A stretch of 40,905 nucleotides of DNA, from the NCBI GenBank assembly GCA_964616635.1, contig CAZTTL010000001.1:1-40905 (forward strand). Direction: 5' to 3'. This DNA comes from an uncultured Rhodoplanes sp. GTDB taxonomy: Bacteria; Pseudomonadota; Alphaproteobacteria; Rhizobiales; Xanthobacteraceae. The notes under the pieces are model-generated. The model saw nothing but the letters and a program-made list of their open reading frames with translations. It was not told the DNA's origin and made no database searches. Shown piece by piece: positions 9,026 to 18,620 of the stretch. How positions within the stretch are numbered: the stretch's first letter is position 1; every line of letters starts with the position of its first letter. Position numbers and translations under genes: made by a program.

Positions 9026-10167
9026 ATCTCGCGTACCGGGACATCAAGCACAATCTGCTGCGCTTTGTGCTGACCTGCTTCGGATTAAGCCTTTTGCTCG
9101 GCGTCGTGATTACGATCACGGGCGTTTATCGCGGTTTGATCGACGACGCACTACGCCAGGTGCGTGCCGCAAATGCGGATCTCTGGGTGGTCCAAGCGGG
9201 CACCAATGGGCCGTTCGCGGAGGCTTCGCGCATTCCGCGCGATACCCGGGAACTGGTCGCCCGGGTCTATGGCGTGGAACGCGCCGGTGCGGTTACCTAC
9301 CAGTCGGTGCAGACGGAGCTGAATGGCAAGCCGCTTCGCTTCTTCCTTATCGGCTTCGAGTTGGGCCGGCCCGGCGGCCCCAGCAAGCTCATTGCCGGGC
9401 GAGAGATCATGCGCAGCCATTACGAGATGGTCGTTGACCGCTCCGCCGGGCTCTCGCTCGGCCAGGAGGTGCCGCTCGGAACGCATGGCCACAAATTCAC
9501 CGTCGTTGGATTGACGCGCGACAACGTCACCAATTCCGGCGATCCGGTTGCCTATATGACTCTGCTCGACGCCCAAGCGCTGCAATTCGAGCTTGCACCA
9601 CCGGCTGAGCGGCGCGAGGTCGCACGCGGAGGGGCCCTGCAAACGACCAATCAAATAAATGCGGTCATCACCAAAGTATCGGGTTACGTGCCGCTCAAGG
9701 AGGTCGCTGCGGCGCTCACGCGATGGAAACACCTCACAACCCTCACCGAGGAGCAGCAGGAAAACTTGCTGACCAAAGAGGTTATTGAGAAGTCACGCCG
9801 GCAGCAGCTAATGATCTTAGTGCTGCTGGTGATCGTTTCGGCGGTGATCATTGGGTTAATCATCTATACCTTGACCATGGACAAGGTGCGCTCGATCGCA
9901 ACGCTTAAATTCGTCGGCGCGCCAGACCGGACCATCGTCGGGCTTATTGTCCAGCAAGCCCTGTCGATGGGCATCGTGAGCTTTGTCATCGGGTTGCTGC
10001 TGATCCTCGGCTTCCAGGGCCACTTCCCACGACGGCTCGTGATTCTGCCCGAGGATGTTGCCGTCGTCTTTGCAATCACACTGGTCGTTTGCGTCGCCGC
10101 GAGCACATTGGGGATTAGGCTCGCTCTTAAGATTGACCCTGCGGAAGCACTCGCGGCGGCAGGATGA
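9022..10167 (+). CDS. ABC transporter permease, MacB/DevC-like
   Basis: MNLAYRDIKH..RF.LT, ADLWV, IATLK.VGA, ALKIDPA. ATGA overlap with the MFP gene. Confidence 0.92.
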   Translation: MNLAYRDIKHNLLRFVLTCFGLSLLLGVVITITGVYRGLIDDALRQVRAANADLWVVQAGTNGPFAEASRIPRDTRELVARVYGVERAGAVTYQSVQTELNGKPLRFFLIGFELGRPGGPSKLIAGREIMRSHYEMVVDRSAGLSLGQEVPLGTHGHKFTVVGLTRDNVTNSGDPVAYMTLLDAQALQFELAPPAERREVARGGALQTTNQINAVITKVSGYVPLKEVAAALTRWKHLTTLTEEQQENLLTKEVIEKSRRQQLMILVLLVIVSAVIIGLIIYTLTMDKVRSIATLKFVGAPDRTIVGLIVQQALSMGIVSFVIGLLLILGFQGHFPRRLVILPEDVAVVFAITLVVCVAASTLGIRLALKIDPAEALAAAG

Positions 10168-10171
10168 TTTC

Positions 10172-10912
10172 ATGACCGAGGGAAACACCCAACCGGCCGT
10201 CCGCATCGACCACCTGTCCAAGCATTTCGGGTCGGGCAGCTCGCGCGTTGATGCGCTCCGCGACATCAGTATGGAGGTCTTTCCCGGCCAGGTCGTCGGG
10301 CTAATGGGCCCAAGTGGCTCCGGCAAGACGACGCTGCTCAATTGCATTGCCTGCATTATGGCGCCGAGCAGCGGGCGGCTGACGCTCGATGGTGAGGTTG
10401 TCTACGACGATCGCTGGCTGCCGACTGACCTGCGACGGCTTCGGCTCGACAAGATCGGCTTTATTTTCCAATACCCGAACCTGCTGCCGTTTCTTGACGC
10501 TACCGACAATGTTGTCGTCGTGCTTGGTCTCGCTGGATACAGTGCGGCTGCGGGCCGCTCACGCGCGATCGATCTGCTGAGTTATCTGGAAGTTGCCAAT
10601 CGCAAAGACGCAATGCCGGCGCAGCTCTCCGGCGGCGAGGCACAGCGCGTTGCAATTGCCCGCGCGCTCGCCAATCGCCCGCGCATCATCCTCGCCGATG
10701 AGCCGACCGCGCCGCTTGATTCGCAGCGTGCACGCATCGTGATGAACCTGCTGCGCAAGATTGCGATCGACCAAACCGCTGCGATCATCTGCGTCACGCA
10801 CGACGAGATGATTCTTGATCGTTTCGATCACATCTTCCGGCTTCGTGACGGCCAGCTTGAAATTTCGACAAACCGCGGCGACACTCGCAAATTGGCCTCG
10901 CCGGGCATGTGA
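10172..10912 (+). CDS. ABC transporter ATP-binding protein, LolD/DevA-like
   Basis: GPSGSGKT, IGFIFQ, LSGGEAQRVAIARA, ILADEPTAPLD, VTHD. Start placed at ATG 10172, just after the permease stop. Confidence 0.94.
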   Translation: MTEGNTQPAVRIDHLSKHFGSGSSRVDALRDISMEVFPGQVVGLMGPSGSGKTTLLNCIACIMAPSSGRLTLDGEVVYDDRWLPTDLRRLRLDKIGFIFQYPNLLPFLDATDNVVVVLGLAGYSAAAGRSRAIDLLSYLEVANRKDAMPAQLSGGEAQRVAIARALANRPRIILADEPTAPLDSQRARIVMNLLRKIAIDQTAAIICVTHDEMILDRFDHIFRLRDGQLEISTNRGDTRKLASPGM

Positions 10913-11174
10913 GCAACTGGCGCGAGGTCCCTCTCCGCTGGAAGCAGCTTTTTTGCCCAATCGGCAACGCCTCGACATCGGCGATGCATACGCAGCGGTG
11001 TGTGGGGTAGGAATACGTGATTGGCCCCGCCCTCTGTGCGCCTTGATGTGCGCCCTAAAGCGTTTGATTATCACAGCATCATATTAATATACTGATATCG
11101 CTTCATTGCTCGTATCACTCCATGCTATCACCACGAACAAGTCCATGGCAGCAAACCGGGCGTGCCAGAGCTCG

Positions 11175-12854
11175 TCATCGTTCCAGCGCCAGTCGGTAGA
11201 GCACCGCCGCTGCTTCGCTTCCGCTAACATCAAGGAGGCAAAGCTCAGCGGGAACGATAGCGAGGTTAGGCGAGCTCGAATCCAAGCTGTGCCATCGTTC
11301 TCGTGCCAATTGCTCCAGACCGTCGCGGTCTGTCGTAACGTCGACCAGAATAGCGAGGCGACTTAACGGGACTGAATCCAAGAGAGTTTGCAGTTCGAAT
11401 ACACAGCCCAGCCGCTCAAGCCCGAAACCGCGCAGATCCATAATGACCAGCGATGCCTCGCGCATCAGGCTCGTCACGGCTTGTTTCCATATCTCGCCTG
11501 AACAGAAGGTCTGGCTGATTCGATAACGTCCATCGGGATCAGGTGCCCTATCCAATTTGGCAATGCGACGATCGAGATCGGCCGGCGATCGAACGAAATG
11601 GTCGCGCAACCTTCCACGCACGAATTCCTGGAAGGTATCGGGCTCGATGATACTCGCGGCGAGATCCGGCGCCGCGATCAAGTCGATGCCGCCGAGCAGA
11701 CGCCATCGTGCGCCGATCAGATCGATCAGCCGCTGTGAGCGGCGGCTGAAGCCGAACACCCTGAGCATGAGCAAGCGGCGTTCGGGTCGCCCGCCTGCGG
11801 CCCGGGCAAGCGGACGCAGCAAGATGTGCAAAGTGACCAGCCATGCGATGAAAGGGACTGACGCGGCAATCAGTCCGATCGCCGCTTGTTCCCGCCACAG
11901 GCTGCTCGCAAGCAACAGTGTCTCAAGCAGCCAGATCACCGTCACGGTCAGCATGAAATCGCTGAACCGCTTGTCGGCGTAGCAATCGGAAATGTACCGG
12001 GTTACCCGCCAGGCCGGCCAAGCGGCCGCAAGCATGCCAATTAGAGCGAAGCCGAGAATGGCGCCAAGTGCCCCAAGCCCGGTTGCTACGGCCAAGCCTG
12101 CAGCGAAACGCATCACCGGCTCCATCGCCAATATGCTGAGGGCGACATGGCTGCCTGCCAGCGTCACGACGACAAAGACAAGCACCAGCGGTCCAATGCT
12201 TCGGACCGAGCGGTTGAGAAACAACAGGAGCAAGAGCGACGGCGTCGCCTCGATCGCCCAGAGGACCGCCGGCGTCAAGAACCCCGGGACGACAAGGTGC
12301 CACCCGCCGTTTTGGTCCCCTTCGGCATTCCAGAGCGGAAAGCTCGACAAGCCCGTGAGCCAAGCGAGAACGCATAGGACAAGAAGGGCACCGAAGTAGC
12401 AAAACAGGATCCGCATCTGAATGCGCCGGTCAGGCCCAACCAGCAAAAGCAAAGCAAGCACCGTTGGCCATGCGAAGGCGAGCGACACAGCTGCCGTTCG
12501 AAGCGGCAGCAGCTCGGTCCCACTTAAGGTCAGTAGCAGAATGGCAGCGGTGATGCCGAAGACCAAGCCGGCGACGGTGTGCGCAGTCACCATTCGCCAT
12601 ATCATGCGGTCACGGCTACCGGTGCCTTTATCTGACGTCGCCTCCTCGACACGAAAGCCGAGCGGCGCTGCCGGCTCGCGTCGGGGTTGGGGCGAATGCT
12701 CTGCGGCACCAAATGACAACGAAGCCTCAGCGCCTCGCATGTTTGCTGCCACGGCCCGTTTGAACGCCCTAAGAGCGAGCAGCCCAATCAGAGGCGTCAT
12801 GCAAGCGCCGAGGAGCAGGTAGAAGATCAACGCGCCTTCCTGAAGACCGAGCAT
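11175..12854 (-). CDS. Polytopic membrane protein with C-terminal TIR/NDT-like domain
   Basis: About 9-10 hydrophobic helices, then a soluble alpha/beta domain LLMLRVF...WKQAVTSLMREASLVIMDLRGF....GCVFEL resembling the TIR betaC-alphaC segment with its Glu. Confidence 0.65.
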   Translation of the reverse strand: MLGLQEGALIFYLLLGACMTPLIGLLALRAFKRAVAANMRGAEASLSFGAAEHSPQPRREPAAPLGFRVEEATSDKGTGSRDRMIWRMVTAHTVAGLVFGITAAILLLTLSGTELLPLRTAAVSLAFAWPTVLALLLLVGPDRRIQMRILFCYFGALLVLCVLAWLTGLSSFPLWNAEGDQNGGWHLVVPGFLTPAVLWAIEATPSLLLLLFLNRSVRSIGPLVLVFVVVTLAGSHVALSILAMEPVMRFAAGLAVATGLGALGAILGFALIGMLAAAWPAWRVTRYISDCYADKRFSDFMLTVTVIWLLETLLLASSLWREQAAIGLIAASVPFIAWLVTLHILLRPLARAAGGRPERRLLMLRVFGFSRRSQRLIDLIGARWRLLGGIDLIAAPDLAASIIEPDTFQEFVRGRLRDHFVRSPADLDRRIAKLDRAPDPDGRYRISQTFCSGEIWKQAVTSLMREASLVIMDLRGFGLERLGCVFELQTLLDSVPLSRLAILVDVTTDRDGLEQLARERWHSLDSSSPNLAIVPAELCLLDVSGSEAAAVLYRLALER

Positions 12855-13019
12855 CGCAGGTTGTCCCGGTTAAGCGCCAAGCCTGGATAAGTGTGCAGCG
12901 TTGCCGCGCCAGATGAATGCCGTGCCATCGAAACCGCCCACACCGGCGCATTCACGTCCCCGTGGTCAGACGAGCGAGCAGGGGTGCCGCCGATCCGGCT
13001 TGGTAATCGTCCGCATGCG

Positions 13020-14810
13020 TCAGCCGACGAGGTGCCGCCCTGCATGCTCGAGCGCAGCATGCAAAGCCCGCACCGCGTTCCTGTCCTTCTCCTGGTCTTG
13101 GCCAGTGAGGAGCTCGAATGGCACGATGCTTGGGTGAATCAGCAGGTCGTCATTGTGCTCGGACCCGCTCCGCCAACCACGGTCGATGCGTTCGGCCATC
13201 CAGCGGCGATGTTCGACCCGGGCAAGCATTTCGATCTCTTCCGTCGCCAGTTCATGGCCCGGACGATCGAGCTGCGGAACGATCCGCAGGCCGACCGCCG
13301 CAAAGAGAATCGGTGCATGTTCGGCCGCCGTGCGGTTCGCTTCACGCAAGTTCTCGGGCAGATCATCCCAAGCGGCGAGCGCGGCTTTTGAGCCGGCGCC
13401 AAACGTATCCACCTTGCCGAGATAGTACTGATGCAGCGCGATGGCGATTTCGTCACCGCGGCGGTCGAGCACGCGCTCGATTGCCTCCGGCCGAACCAAT
13501 CCACCAAATGCAATCAGACTCTGTAAGCTCCGGTCCCTGACCTCGGTCTCGCCGAGCCGAGCGAGCAGGCGATCCTCCTTCGATCGGTGCACCAGAATCG
13601 GCTGGCCACTGAGGCCGAACGGATTTCCCGGGCGTCTCAAAGCCAACGCCGTTGCGACCGCATCCTCGTCTGCACGCAGCACGACGATCAGTTGCGGCGT
13701 TTTTTTTAAGAGGCCGTGGTCGGTCAGCAGCTCTGCCGTCGGGAGAAGGCCCTCTCCGCGCGGAATGATCTCGAAGCGCCCGACAAGGTCGAGATCGGGC
13801 TTGGTGGCGCGCCAAGTCGCGAACGCGGCCGCCTCCTGCTCATCGAGGACAAGGACGATGAGCGGGAGCGCTTCAGGATGATCCTGACTTGATATAATCA
13901 ACTGCATGATGGTCTGCTGCCAGTTGCCGTGGAGTCCAACCACGAGCACTCTCGCCTGCTCACCGGGATCGGCCTTGAGGAAGACGGGCGCAAATCGCCT
14001 CATCTCGAGGCGAAGTTCCTCGCGATCCGGACAAAGGCGATAGTATCGAATGTTGTGCTTGCGAAGGAGACCATCGAGCGCCGCGCCGAGCTCGCGCGCG
14101 AGGTCTTCGCGGTCGATCATGACGCCAAGCAGGAGCGGCGGCAGATCGCCGGACCGTTTCTCCACGGCGGCGAATGCGAGCATGGCGAGGTCGAGATTGT
14201 CGATGTCGTCGCCGTGCGTCAGGAACAACGCCGATGCCGCCGCAAGATTCACTTGGCGAAACGTGCTCGATTGGAATGGATCGGCCTCGACGAAGGTAAT
14301 GCCGAGCGCGTCCAAAGCCTCACACTGTGCCGGATCAAAAACAGGCACGATGGTGACGATGCGCTGCCCGCGGGCAGCCAACGTATTCAGCGCCTCTTCT
14401 TTGAGTCTTGCCGCCCCGGAAAGCACAATATGCCCTCTCACATAGGGCATGAACGCACCGCGGATCGGACGCGTGATCGCACCGACAAGCACGTGTATCG
14501 TCGCGACGAAGGCGACGAGCGGCACCAGCAGCCGGGCGACCTGAAGCTGCCAGGGGATGCTGGTGTCCAGTTCCGACGGAAACTGCAGCGTTACCAGCTG
14601 CGCGGTACGGAAAATATTGTCGAGCCAGTTGCTGAAACCTGCCGGCGGCTCTTTGATCGTCCAACCCCAAAGCCCGAGCGCGACCGCAATGGCGGCGGCG
14701 GTAAACTGCATGATTCTTTGCCGTTGCCTCAGAAAGCTTCCGAGCCGCGCCGACAGCCGGGCAATGCCTCGAAACAACGCTTCGAGATCTGTCACGAGGC
14801 CGGAGGTCAT
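13020..14810 (-). CDS. 2TM + tandem TrkA-N/RCK-like + RyR-domain protein
   Basis: Two N-terminal TM helices flanking a pore-helix-like segment (FRTAQLVTLQF, no GYG). Degenerate Rossmann folds (GHIVLSG, ARVLVVG). RyR repeats WDDLPENLREANR and LARVEHRRWMAERIDRGW...HPSIVPFELL...QEKDR. Confidence 0.85.
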   Translation of the reverse strand: MTSGLVTDLEALFRGIARLSARLGSFLRQRQRIMQFTAAAIAVALGLWGWTIKEPPAGFSNWLDNIFRTAQLVTLQFPSELDTSIPWQLQVARLLVPLVAFVATIHVLVGAITRPIRGAFMPYVRGHIVLSGAARLKEEALNTLAARGQRIVTIVPVFDPAQCEALDALGITFVEADPFQSSTFRQVNLAAASALFLTHGDDIDNLDLAMLAFAAVEKRSGDLPPLLLGVMIDREDLARELGAALDGLLRKHNIRYYRLCPDREELRLEMRRFAPVFLKADPGEQARVLVVGLHGNWQQTIMQLIISSQDHPEALPLIVLVLDEQEAAAFATWRATKPDLDLVGRFEIIPRGEGLLPTAELLTDHGLLKKTPQLIVVLRADEDAVATALALRRPGNPFGLSGQPILVHRSKEDRLLARLGETEVRDRSLQSLIAFGGLVRPEAIERVLDRRGDEIAIALHQYYLGKVDTFGAGSKAALAAWDDLPENLREANRTAAEHAPILFAAVGLRIVPQLDRPGHELATEEIEMLARVEHRRWMAERIDRGWRSGSEHNDDLLIHPSIVPFELLTGQDQEKDRNAVRALHAALEHAGRHLVG

Positions 14811-15070
14811 TCGGCGGGCCTACAACGACCAGCATAGCCGTGTGAGCGGCCTACCGAATGCTCCGAAACGCTCGCCGACATGTAAATTCGCCTCATTCCT
14901 CTCTTCGAAAAAATTTCGGAAGCGAAGCTTTCAGAACATCCAGAACCACAGCCACGCACCGTGTCGCTCTTGCGCGGGCAACCATCCCCGCGCGAAAGCG
15001 CGGCGCTGCCCGTGGCCCCGTGAAAGGACGCCACTCGCGACGATCGCTTACAGTGCACCGCTCGCGAATG

Positions 15071-17521
15071 TCAGCGACGCTCGAAGGCGATCACGCTATT
15101 CGCGGGCAATAGTGCAGTGAAATTGCCATTGGCAGTGGCGATGGCTTGCGCATTCATCAACCCCGAACCGCCATAGAGATCGTTATCGCTATTGAAAACC
15201 TCCTGCCATCGGCCGTCGGCTATCGCCGGATGCTGAATGGTATAGCCCGCTGCAAAATCGTGGTTGTTGAGGCTTGCCATCACCAGAAGATCCTGCGCGC
15301 CGTCAAAGCGCCGGAACGCCAGTACCCTGTTGGCATCGTGGATATGCAAGATTTCGATCGCATGAGATCGCAGCGCTGGGCTGCCGAGCCGCAGGCGAAT
15401 GATGTCCTGGTAGAAGCCGAACAAAGCGGCGCCTTCACCAGCGCGTAAACCGGGATAGTCCTCACGGAATTCGATAAAATCGTTATAGCGATACGGCTGC
15501 CTGGCTCCCACTTCCTCACCCATGAAAAACATCGGCGGCGCGGGTCCGAGCAGCGTGACACCGGCAGCGAAATGCGTGCGCGCCTCCGCAAAGCGGCGCG
15601 TATCGCCGATCAAAGGCGCACCGTTTGCCGCGACCACGATGGTGCGGGCAGAATGCACGTCTTGTCCATTTTCACGATAGCTGGAGTTTCCTGCCTCATC
15701 GTGCGACTCGTGATACACGACATGGCCAGCCGCACTGGCGCCCATTACGCCAGCAAACCATGTCATGGCGAGCGGCCGGTCGTCGCCGTAACCCGCAAAC
15801 TTGAGCAGACGTGCGCGAGACGTGTCGTCAGTCGCGTCACCAACCAGATGATGATAATATTCGGCGAACCAAGCTGCATCGAACCCAAGGCCGCCGGCAT
15901 CGCTCGACTGCGTTACTGCCGGCCAACCCGAGTGATCTTCGGCAATCAGAATCACCGTCGGACGCACCAGTCGCATGGTGCGGGTCCATTCGCGCAAAAA
16001 TTTCGCCCCGAAGATTCGCGCTTGATCAGCCGCGCGCCCATCGGCATGGACCACCGCGTAAGAATGCAATGAAGTCGTCTGGTCGACGCGAAAGCCATCG
16101 ACGTGAAACTCGTCGACAAGCATGGCGGCGCTGCTGATGAACAGCTTGCGGACCATCTCCTCCCAGAAGCGCGGCGCCCAGCCGGTCGACATATTGTCGA
16201 TGTAGCCACCGCTGCCGGGCGGATTGGCATTCGGATAGTCCGACGATAACCCCTCATACCAATAATAGATGTTGCGCTCTGGCGCGTTCGAGTCATAGGC
16301 CCATTCGGCACGCTCGGCATTGGGAGTATAATGGTTATAAACGACATCCATGATGACCGCGATGCCGTGACGATGGCATTCCCGGACGAAATATTTGAAC
16401 TGATCGCGTCCGCCGCCGGCATACTCGATCGCCAGATAATGCGAGTTGCCGTAACCCCAGTTTGTCCAACCCTCATACTCGGCGAGCGGCATCAACTCGA
16501 CGGCGTTAACGCCAAGCTCCTTCAGGTAAGGGAGCAGATCCATGGCGTCTTGCAAGGTCCCGCGCGGACTGCGCCCGGCCCCCAGCCCGTCGACATGCAA
16601 TTCATAGATGACGAGGTCTTCGAGGCGCGCCGGCACCGGGTGCTGCGGATCGAACTCATCACGCCAGAACGCGTCCTCGGCCAGCCAATTCCTCTCGGGG
16701 AATTCTGGCGAACTGAAAGCGGCCGTCACCCGCTCCGGATCGACGATCACGGAGCAGCTCTTGGTGCCGTCAAGGGACTTCCGGCAGCCGCACCAGCTCG
16801 GCTTGCGCGCCGGATCGACGTCGCCACTGCCGATCTGACACCGCGAATAGAGGTCGGTGCGATAGGCGATCGAGCCATCGTCTTTGGTGATGCGGAACAT
16901 GTAGAGCGTATGGTCGCATTGCCCGAAGTCGGCGAGAATGCGCGAGTCGGCGACGTCTGTGCTCCAAATGCCGTCCTGGTCGCGATGCATCGGAATCACT
17001 GCGGAGACGCCACGCCCATCATCCCAGATATAGCCACCTTTGTAATTGTCCTCGCCCGAGAGCTCGCTGCGGACGACCTCGACATTGCGCGCGTTGGGCG
17101 CCCATACGGCAAAGCGCACCGCTTCCCCACCCGGTACGGAAAGCTTGTTGGCGCCTAGCCGCCGGCAGTGCGTCAGATAATACCGCTCGGTCTGATCCGC
17201 TTGCGCCAGCACAAATACACGATGGCGGTCCATCGAAGACGCATCAGACCATTCGGTGGGAATGCCCGATACGCTCGCTTGCGCCGGGGTGTCGACGATC
17301 ACGCTCCAGCGAAAGGTCTGGCCGACCTGGTCGTCAGAAAGCATCGCCGTCGCCCGGAAGGCCGGACAGCCGTCATCGGCGGCAAACACTTCCATCGGCT
17401 GGGTTGACCATTGCGCGGACAGGCGACCGCCTGCATCCCAGCTTCCGGTGAGACGCGGATTGCGCAGGTTGATGTGGCGCAGCCCAGTGCGATACTCGAA
17501 ATGGACAGGAATGAGTGGCAT
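15071..17521 (-). CDS. GH13 alpha-glucan enzyme (GlgB/TreZ-like) with extra N-terminal domain
   Basis: CBM48-like FAVWAPNA, IYELHV, GVNAVELMP, WGY, VIMDVVYNH; catalytic triad motifs DGFRVD, IAED, ESHDE; PMFFMGEE. Confidence 0.92.
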   Translation of the reverse strand: MPLIPVHFEYRTGLRHINLRNPRLTGSWDAGGRLSAQWSTQPMEVFAADDGCPAFRATAMLSDDQVGQTFRWSVIVDTPAQASVSGIPTEWSDASSMDRHRVFVLAQADQTERYYLTHCRRLGANKLSVPGGEAVRFAVWAPNARNVEVVRSELSGEDNYKGGYIWDDGRGVSAVIPMHRDQDGIWSTDVADSRILADFGQCDHTLYMFRITKDDGSIAYRTDLYSRCQIGSGDVDPARKPSWCGCRKSLDGTKSCSVIVDPERVTAAFSSPEFPERNWLAEDAFWRDEFDPQHPVPARLEDLVIYELHVDGLGAGRSPRGTLQDAMDLLPYLKELGVNAVELMPLAEYEGWTNWGYGNSHYLAIEYAGGGRDQFKYFVRECHRHGIAVIMDVVYNHYTPNAERAEWAYDSNAPERNIYYWYEGLSSDYPNANPPGSGGYIDNMSTGWAPRFWEEMVRKLFISSAAMLVDEFHVDGFRVDQTTSLHSYAVVHADGRAADQARIFGAKFLREWTRTMRLVRPTVILIAEDHSGWPAVTQSSDAGGLGFDAAWFAEYYHHLVGDATDDTSRARLLKFAGYGDDRPLAMTWFAGVMGASAAGHVVYHESHDEAGNSSYRENGQDVHSARTIVVAANGAPLIGDTRRFAEARTHFAAGVTLLGPAPPMFFMGEEVGARQPYRYNDFIEFREDYPGLRAGEGAALFGFYQDIIRLRLGSPALRSHAIEILHIHDANRVLAFRRFDGAQDLLVMASLNNHDFAAGYTIQHPAIADGRWQEVFNSDNDLYGGSGLMNAQAIATANGNFTALLPANSVIAFERR

Positions 17522-17545
17522 AACGACCTCCGGCGATCGCGAACC

Positions 17546-18544
17546 TCAGTTCGCCAGCGTTTCGCGAATGGCATCGTCGACGGCGCGTTTGTCCTCGGGA
17601 AACAAGCCAAACGTCGTCAAGTGCCCAGAGGTCGTCGTGAGCTCGCGGAAATGCGAACCCGGAATCCGCTCGGCATCGAGCCGACAATCGCCGGGCGGAA
17701 ACATGACGTCTCCGGTGAAGGCGTAAATAAATGCTCTTGCCTTGATGCTCCCGAGCGCCGCCGCCATGTCGCCACCCCTGCTCGGATCGGCGAAGCGTGC
17801 CTTGCGCGCTTGAATCAGCAGATTGTTGGGATCCTGCCCCAGCATGAAGCCTTCGAAGAAACCACGCACGAAATCATTGACCGAGGCGAAACCGAGCGAG
17901 CGCAGCACATCACCGTGATAGTAGCTGAGCGGCGGCAGCGTCAGCGCCATGCAATGCCCCTGCCGGCGTAGGCCCGCCTGCACGTCCAGCCGGTCATGGT
18001 AGAATCCGTTATTCCATGCCGGGTCCGAGGTAACTGGCTCCTCGATCACGGTACTCAGCCACAGCCGCGTCCACGGCGATGGTTGCGGCGCCCCCGCAAT
18101 CGACGCCATGCGCTTGACCATTTGCGGAAACCGCACCGCCCACTCATAGGTCTGCAGCGCGCCCACCGACCAGCCGAGCACAAGCTGCAGCTCGGAGATG
18201 CCGAAATGCTCCGTCAGCAGGCGATGCTGCGCGATGACGTCGTCGGCGACATGGATCGGCGGAAAAGCGCCGCGGTCGAATGGCGGCGGCGTATTGCTCG
18301 GCGACGACGAGAAGCCGTTGCCGAACTGGCCCGGCAGCACGATGAAGTATTTGCGCGGGTCGAGCGCGAGGTCCTCGCCGATGTAGATTTCCAAGGCCTG
18401 GTCGGAGCCGGCGAGGAAATTCGGAAACAGGATCGCATTATCCTTCGCCGCGTTGAGGGTGCCATGGGTGGTGTAAGCGAGCTTCGCATTGGGGATGGTG
18501 AAGCCGGCGAGCAGCGGGAAATTCCCAAGATCGAAATTGTCCAT
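17546..18544 (-). CDS. Alpha/beta hydrolase, homoserine O-acetyltransferase (MetX)-like family
   Basis: LAYTTHGTLNAAKDNAIL, GNGFSSSPSN, nucleophile GWSVGA, D..FPP, GHL. Start at ATG 18544 after a GAGGAGGAG RBS; the ORF-track N-terminus overlaps the upstream gene. Confidence 0.88.
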   Translation of the reverse strand: MDNFDLGNFPLLAGFTIPNAKLAYTTHGTLNAAKDNAILFPNFLAGSDQALEIYIGEDLALDPRKYFIVLPGQFGNGFSSSPSNTPPPFDRGAFPPIHVADDVIAQHRLLTEHFGISELQLVLGWSVGALQTYEWAVRFPQMVKRMASIAGAPQPSPWTRLWLSTVIEEPVTSDPAWNNGFYHDRLDVQAGLRRQGHCMALTLPPLSYYHGDVLRSLGFASVNDFVRGFFEGFMLGQDPNNLLIQARKARFADPSRGGDMAAALGSIKARAFIYAFTGDVMFPPGDCRLDAERIPGSHFRELTTTSGHLTTFGLFPEDKRAVDDAIRETLAN

Positions 18545-18620
18545 GGCGCGTCTCCTCCTCGCCTCACGCCGCCGCACCGATCGCAGCCGCTTGTGAGGCT
18601 GCGCTTGCCGATCGGCCCCG

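Noticed and set aside
17546-18544. Housekeeping metX (methionine biosynthesis)
   Set aside because: Only family-level similarity; it sits in an accessory operon without met genes, so no symbol was assigned.
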